Assembly: GCA_023144005.1 (NCBI GenBank)
Contig: JAGLGN010000020.1
Coordinates: forward strand, 10,941 to 74,940
Reading direction: 5' to 3'
Length of the DNA stretch: 64,000 bases
From: a bacterium
GTDB lineage: Bacteria > AUK180
The first letter of the stretch is position 1. Each line of letters opens with the position of its first letter. Positions 61,601-64,000 of the stretch are shown here, piece after piece. A program made the position numbers and the translations under genes. Under the pieces are notes generated by a model. That model had not been told where the DNA came from. It saw nothing but the letters and a program-made list of their open reading frames with translations, and did no database searches.

Positions 61601-62082
61601 AGAAGCTGTGGATGGAGGAAAGGGTGAATTCCGCATTCGCCTGGAAATCCATTATTTACTGCTTATTCAAATTGAACCGTGACAGGGATGCGGTCATTGA
61701 ATCATTCTACAATCTGGTCGATATCGATTCTGATATACTCATCATTGAATTCGCAAAAACACTTTTACACAAGGATAAAAAACCCTATGCGGCATATGAA
61801 GTGATCAAGGACCGCATAGATAAGGACAAGCCTAATATTGAACTCCTCTACTTGTACTTAAGTGCCGTGGGAGAAGTGAATCTTGATGTCGATATTTCAT
61901 CAATGATAAATTGGATCAAGGAGATAACAGATAAGGAGCAGAATCCCAAACTACTGGAAGCGATGGGGATCTACTACTATAAAAAGGGTAATTACATTTC
62001 AAGCTCGTCCTATTTGCAGAAGGCGATAACAGTAAATCCTGACTCCGATACTGCCATCTATTACCTCTCCCTTCTTAAATGA
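52666..62082 (+). CDS. Giant cytoplasmic TPR-repeat protein (3138 aa)
   Basis: No signal peptide. A single uninterrupted ORF. It is composed essentially end to end of TPR-like helical repeats (W-LG-Y/A-F-A-P patterns, e.g. ...ALILYKATICVLEIGDTYSALKYVKKLL...). No enzymatic motif was recognised. Confidence 0.75.
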   Translation: MGQKEELQIYLNRVQSKVAGESDYLNAIQIFADLKNFPRVITLSQQGLENFPDEGIFHYWYAFASFYLKKFEAAFTSVNLAVNNNTEHLDSILLGYRISIESSDPDNALIFLKLGADRFPDESEMHQTIFDFFDNNGEFVSNHVNLITSVYANGEKRLGKFLLDTFYSGKITTEQALDVYIENFSQKSDDKDFSRFVCSIIIKDERTDKPALSVLQGVYDSGNKSKAVVGYLSDVSAAKGAWGDENQILYEHAVELNCATYSVFKLLANKYILLQLKDENSLDVIFQYFLFEPDNKDTITYLIPFVLKKKTYTEDEKNFLKIAFRLFPDNFDIFAKLVENMLFDVNEVIDNLTFLQRYIEEFPQSEAAIKLLGSAYLKLGRKDSEALFIYEKFVRFNSDSLELISILTEYYLSENRRSRLAIIIYEKAFQMGLTSKGLFGILALYYLDNQSITDSNIPIFISVFNNLRKDPQPYSNFLNTLSGAILKKKITITENEFFFESLKDIIKILQPQEDIFYSAFVKLGISLHKIDNDSFEIYKRLIAKFKASKKFLMLLFDAYSSRNVVDEEGRSVMEAIYEKLSESDKQKATLLLSQYYMDNKIKDDFAGGIISKANSLIKDGVKLEGNLEKLVQYAVKNEKKDSETLELYFRYLQINQENPAVFRSACELIVDKAIFEKKFLSIMKKGMELFDDWRELFNHYAVALAKNKIRESDSYPIWERFILSGNKDDSIVIELLSHYINKGTLDRKAERVFSFAMGIGYKNAEILLQYSRILAKDGNYNKLINVISDLIKFDIKEVEDIKFIADTLLFYAKFDVLEKFLGKYSDKSEFILRYKLRNLFYSNKLADNEECLARFVSKYKIKDNNADIYEFYGDFYFYEKRDLKKAIHGYSEYLKMSPNDALILYKATICVLEIGDTYSALKYVKKLLLFREHDIEAQKIAANIHFKLGQYPEASGFYKRIISVGYKDTEILKNYALALFFSQQYYSAIDLFREILTDDPNNQELLLNLAYAYTYIDFKEEAEDTLRKIIDNNPQNKEALFALFAIYLEDVRADEHAEGLFNLVLKMDPENLDALKMLSMIYGKLGRNDERAISIYVKILDYGEPPPEIIKILANKLNEEGSGLHGQFRIKIFSRAVEFFPSNEKYWVSLIDLISEELELEPFTKILEAAYEKKIRISVCAEKLAKLAYDKGEIDKALIYAKTVLAHNPYKSEIYNLVGEILIEKGSLEEAKDVLNNALIYDSGNFYAYLNSAKVMHLMKNFPLALKYLERSLNINKYYLPGILLYAEISVERNINLDNAKNALKFVKDIYQSNWEISYWLAVINNLKGDSELALMQIDEALGFELNLESVLLKAEILKQDGKYQEALDFLNQQKDELNAPELFNALGQLYFDLDDIESSKEAYSLAVSIDPNFIQTQIALAKLHYSVDKDLETAKVEFMNILEFNAENEEAQRFLGKIHYRKKEYKEALKVYMRVFEYLDYEDLKYLTSIYFMRGLFDEVLELAANLIQQRSDDLDVVTILFETYCALQLYDKAIDAFQTLRINDSERAQEYFEKYFGILISSGNYKKLREELQELIKDQRYGAKYAEYFFFLEYILFNTKFEDIKFLLKFLLDKKQDKIDFKKNRDLMLFHILLQENAFSSIDTFIHIFNKEDDTIRFLTAMYYVKSGKEKGALNLLKSFHEYWSRPYFTPFLGYSKKIFVHLKERYRFNRIWEMLANQDIRDEKDYWYKIFLKYAEEKLGEKFLEKNKIDKGLHTLHSRLERYELAKGKKDSDLNSDLFLKMYQLYFFLEGDFKECQKIAKKNDQLPGLLFSKDLFTELAKKKTDNKKIMTLVSKELLIDEVPYFIDFLYEYKIPELAKMTILDADKKKLTEHHSEILYNLYEKGLLEPNKEIEAILSNSRSCNARFLLRNGRYEEAYKTVMEMNYLEFTSPGNCNSVMEAMRVNEDYDQLLTYRFRYIDPSFANDNTNLYSAIALSKFSFEERAHTLLSGIQFDNIEFLNATRDIATENQYPGKQRIENFLSTSPHPKQILELFDLLKDYDRDLLKQFDGSLKEMLPEPMYLQLQGRVIFIEGDMTGALDKLKDSEDYEDLKLIVSLSSGMEAKDIIEKMVAIVNKKKEYYEQYITFLPFSFKEVFLHAARDDLFSLKTQLFELFANLHDLEGKLTVGKELVKFDPTQIYIYKEIFYILRDFKQDYVGSLKILNKMLSLNPKDADLILEKGKLLIQEGREEYALNFLLENKGLSSKILSYIGEINEKRKRPSDAIEIYEQLFDATEDLMYYEKVIQLKYSLELYSEILEMNEKDRRKSDLINYYLGMSLFHLKEYKKANEFLSSIKSPKFPHKDDVVVTMGLIFFNLGDFQRSQSFLEKAIKNKKREDIAWAKFAEILYSKKNIQKAEKTLETAIAKGYTDPSIHLLGAEIYFTMNNKQKLVKQLRILSGATLPDTVQNHLRYGIILHKTGKEEKAESEFLRIIENLQPDNPTALKYLIDIYLKQEAYTRCLPLVTRAFKKEPRGNAFTYASVLYAMGRFDEAREIARNINSDTMEVERFKGKLYYELKSYDEALARFNAILEKEPKDFEAYLYIGKIYYSLFDIPKAIEFLKIAENLDENDFEVLKFLGLAYNKMSDTINTIIFLKKALSLNAKDHETIRELAQLYYSKKRYKEAIKEFSRVIAVKFNLPSVHFQMAKAYRHLGDYDNAEIHVNNALEFTPAEEVFLEEKINILQNLERHSDIVTTLQDFSKNASLDAKLVLTMVESLRKLNRFTAALKIAENYKIPEMAANDFKKEKAILLYQLKKYDEALPLLEELHKNSDSDEVFIILCFTLIEMKNTQRLRTLVKNYKGELLKSEYIPYIRGFIEINDGNKEIALNYFYQSITMNKAFVPAYRRLSDIYIQNSNYVMAIDILHKALAYEDTKKNDLYYFLGYSYLQLNDLFNALKYIKEALKWDYLNSAELTAEIYKALGLFGYGLISMKKLWMEERVNSAFAWKSIIYCLFKLNRDRDAVIESFYNLVDIDSDILIIEFAKTLLHKDKKPYAAYEVIKDRIDKDKPNIELLYLYLSAVGEVNLDVDISSMINWIKEITDKEQNPKLLEAMGIYYYKKGNYISSSSYLQKAITVNPDSDTAIYYLSLLK

Positions 62083-62507
62083 TGAGATCATACAGGATTT
62101 TTGCTCTCATCATCATGCTGATGATCTTTACATTGAACGGCCTGCCGGGAGATACCGTCGGAAGCAAGGGCGTGATACGAATGATGTACGCCGTCATGGC
62201 ATTTGAGAGAGCTCTTTCCCCATTGGGGTTCGCTTCTTTCCTGATCCCGATGGACGAATCCGCCGAAATACCGGAGAATGCGGATAAGCTGGTTCACTTC
62301 ACCTTATACTTTATTCTGTCGATCTTCTTCTTTCGGGGATTCTTCCGGGGAGACAAACAGGCGGCGGCCCTTTGGCTCTTTGCTATTGCGGATGAACTGC
62401 AGCAAATTCCGGTAATGGGGCGCAGTTTTTCCTTATTGGACCTGATGTTTGACACATTGGGCATAATTTTTGTATACTATTTACTGGATGAAAAGCATAA
62501 AAATTAG
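62079..62507 (+). CDS. VanZ-like family membrane protein
   Basis: LVHFTLYFILSIFFFRGF...LFAIADELQQIPVMGRSFSLLDLMFDTLGIIFVYYLL matches the VanZ (PF04892) helix pattern with the conserved D-E-xxQ...GR motif. 4-nt overlap with the TPR gene. Confidence 0.6.
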   Translation: MMRSYRIFALIIMLMIFTLNGLPGDTVGSKGVIRMMYAVMAFERALSPLGFASFLIPMDESAEIPENADKLVHFTLYFILSIFFFRGFFRGDKQAAALWLFAIADELQQIPVMGRSFSLLDLMFDTLGIIFVYYLLDEKHKN

Positions 62508-63894
62508 AATTCTCCTTATATTTCTCCTGCCGTCGATCTTCATGATACTGACTCAATGGTATTTTATAAATATTTTCATAAAGGATGCATTAGAAAAACA
62601 ATTAATAAAATTCATCACGCATGTAGGGGAATCAGCAATAAGGGACATCTCCCCCGGAGAGATGCAGGTCTTCCCGAATTACCCTGAGACCGAGACCTAT
62701 AAGAACCTGAGAGAGCGCTTATCGGGATACAGGGATAACTTCGCTATTGATAATATTCTTCTTCTGAACAGCGATAAAAGAGTCATACTTGACCTTTCCG
62801 ACATGTTCAGAAACGGCGAAGAATTCCTGATGATGGATATAAACGACAAGCAATTCCTGGCCTTGAAGAACGGACAGATCAAAAAGTCGTCTCTCTATAA
62901 GAATATGCAGAACATATACAGCGAAAATGTATATATTCCAATTATCGGGAAAAACGGAGACTTCCGGGGAGTGCTTGTGCTCTATGCATCGGTAAAATAT
63001 TTTACGAGCATCATGAATTTTCAAAGGAAGCTCATTTCTTTCTTTTTAGCAATGGTCATAATTCTGATCTTTGTTGTTTATTGGCTCGCCTCTACGATCT
63101 CCAATCCCGTTATTCGACTCTCAAAGGTCGTTGACCGTATAGGAATGGGAGAAATGGACATACATGTCCCCTACAAGACGCGCGCTGATGAGGTCGGCCA
63201 TCTGGCAGAAAATATTCAGTCCATGATGACAAAGATCGAGAACAGGGATATGTACATGCGTCAAATGTCCGCCGGCATAGCTCATGAGATAAGGAATCCC
63301 CTCACCTCGATCAAGGGCAATCTCATGCTCATTAAGCGGCGGGTGGACAATGATGATGATACCATGGAGATGCTTGAGGATAATCTGCGCGAGGTAAATG
63401 CATTGGAGAACCTTGTAAATGATTTCATGAATTACGCAAAATCGATCAAAATAGAGCTCAAGACCGGAGAGCTCTCAGATATTATATCAAGAGCTGTCGG
63501 GGAAACAATGCCGTTCATGCAGCAGAAGGAGATCGTCCTTTCACAGGATATCTCTACTTGTGTTCTGGCAGCGGACCAAGACCACCTGAAGCGGGCTTTT
63601 GTCAATATCATTAAAAACAGCATTGACGCGGTCCCCATCGGAGGGGAGATCCGCATCAGTTCAACTCTGAAAGACGGGCTGGTCAGAGTATCTTTCAAGG
63701 ATTCCGGTGAAGGCATCCCCAAGGATGACCTGATGCAGATATTCGAACCATTCGTAACCTCGAGGTCCACGGGAACAGGGTTGGGACTCACCATAGTTAA
63801 AGAAATAATAGAGAAACATAAGGGAAATATCAAGATAGCTTCGGCTGAAGGCAAAGGCACGGAAGTTACCGTCTCATTACCCTTTAGGAGATAA
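62470..63894 (+). CDS. Sensor histidine kinase (2 TM + HAMP, HisKA, HATPase_c)
   Basis: HisKA MSAGIAHEIRNPLTSIKGNL. HATPase N/G boxes (NIIKNSIDAV, DSGEGIP, GTGLGLTIVKEI). An alternative start ATG lies at 62488. Confidence 0.8.
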   Translation: MYTIYWMKSIKIRILLIFLLPSIFMILTQWYFINIFIKDALEKQLIKFITHVGESAIRDISPGEMQVFPNYPETETYKNLRERLSGYRDNFAIDNILLLNSDKRVILDLSDMFRNGEEFLMMDINDKQFLALKNGQIKKSSLYKNMQNIYSENVYIPIIGKNGDFRGVLVLYASVKYFTSIMNFQRKLISFFLAMVIILIFVVYWLASTISNPVIRLSKVVDRIGMGEMDIHVPYKTRADEVGHLAENIQSMMTKIENRDMYMRQMSAGIAHEIRNPLTSIKGNLMLIKRRVDNDDDTMEMLEDNLREVNALENLVNDFMNYAKSIKIELKTGELSDIISRAVGETMPFMQQKEIVLSQDISTCVLAADQDHLKRAFVNIIKNSIDAVPIGGEIRISSTLKDGLVRVSFKDSGEGIPKDDLMQIFEPFVTSRSTGTGLGLTIVKEIIEKHKGNIKIASAEGKGTEVTVSLPFRR

Positions 63895-63896
63895 TA

Positions 63897-64000
63897 TATG
63901 GAAAAGATCCTTCTCGTTGACGACAATCAACCGATCCGCAGGATGATAAAGAGGCTTTTTGCAGACAAGAAGTATCTCTTTCATGAAGCGGAGACCTTGA
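63897..64000 (+). CDS. Response regulator receiver domain (5' partial, runs off the window)
   Basis: MEKILLVDDNQPIRRMIKRLF... is a canonical REC N-terminus (DD pair). It begins 3 nt after the kinase stop. Confidence 0.55.

Noticed and set aside
1-64000. tRNA, rRNA or other structured-RNA genes
   Set aside because: No stretch shows tRNA hallmarks (e.g. GGTTCGAATCC-type T-arm with acceptor pairing) or rRNA-like conservation. The non-coding segments are accounted for by promoters and repeat modules.

Overview
This 64-kb window comes from a low-GC (~42%) bacterium. Its secretion genes suggest an anaerobic member of the FCB/Bacteroidota-like group: an Rnf complex plus several giant surface proteins that end in type IX secretion (T9SS) C-terminal sorting domains. 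Almost all genes are on the minus strand.

The window has a core part and a large accessory part:
- **Core (1-6.5 kb):** a complete rnfCDGEAB operon, with a CpsB-type PHP phosphatase gene translationally coupled to its 3' end.
- **Accessory (11.5-52.6 kb):** four very large genes dominate it.
  - A STAND-type protein with two adenylate-cyclase domains, an ATPase domain and TPR repeats.
  - Three giant T9SS cargo proteins. One carries CBM9-like domains, one is an Endonuclease I + clostripain (C11) peptidase fusion of 2723 aa, and one is an LVIVD beta-propeller.
  - Outer-membrane beta-barrel partner genes downstream of two of the cargos, a hybrid histidine kinase, a NicO/DUF1007 metal-transport pair and an AlkD-like repair gene.
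  - A tightly overlapping 7-gene operon: PII, GAF, vWA membrane protein, HPrK-like kinase, nucleotidyltransferase, MtnA-like isomerase and a PP-loop amidotransferase-like protein.
- **Right end (52.7-64 kb):** a 3138-aa all-TPR protein co-transcribed with a VanZ-like gene and a two-component system.

The intergenic regions of the accessory part share four families of repeats:
- short-period (7-9 bp) word repeats;
- a conserved ~125-bp element present twice;
- MITE-like elements with inverted ends, one of which has disrupted a GNAT acetyltransferase gene;
- a 27-bp inverted repeat next to the PP-loop gene.

Several sigma70-type promoters with exact 17-nt spacers can be read directly. One of them, upstream of the 1782-aa surface protein, carries a G8 tract in its spacer and is a candidate phase-variation switch.

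No rRNA, tRNA or CRISPR array was recognised.
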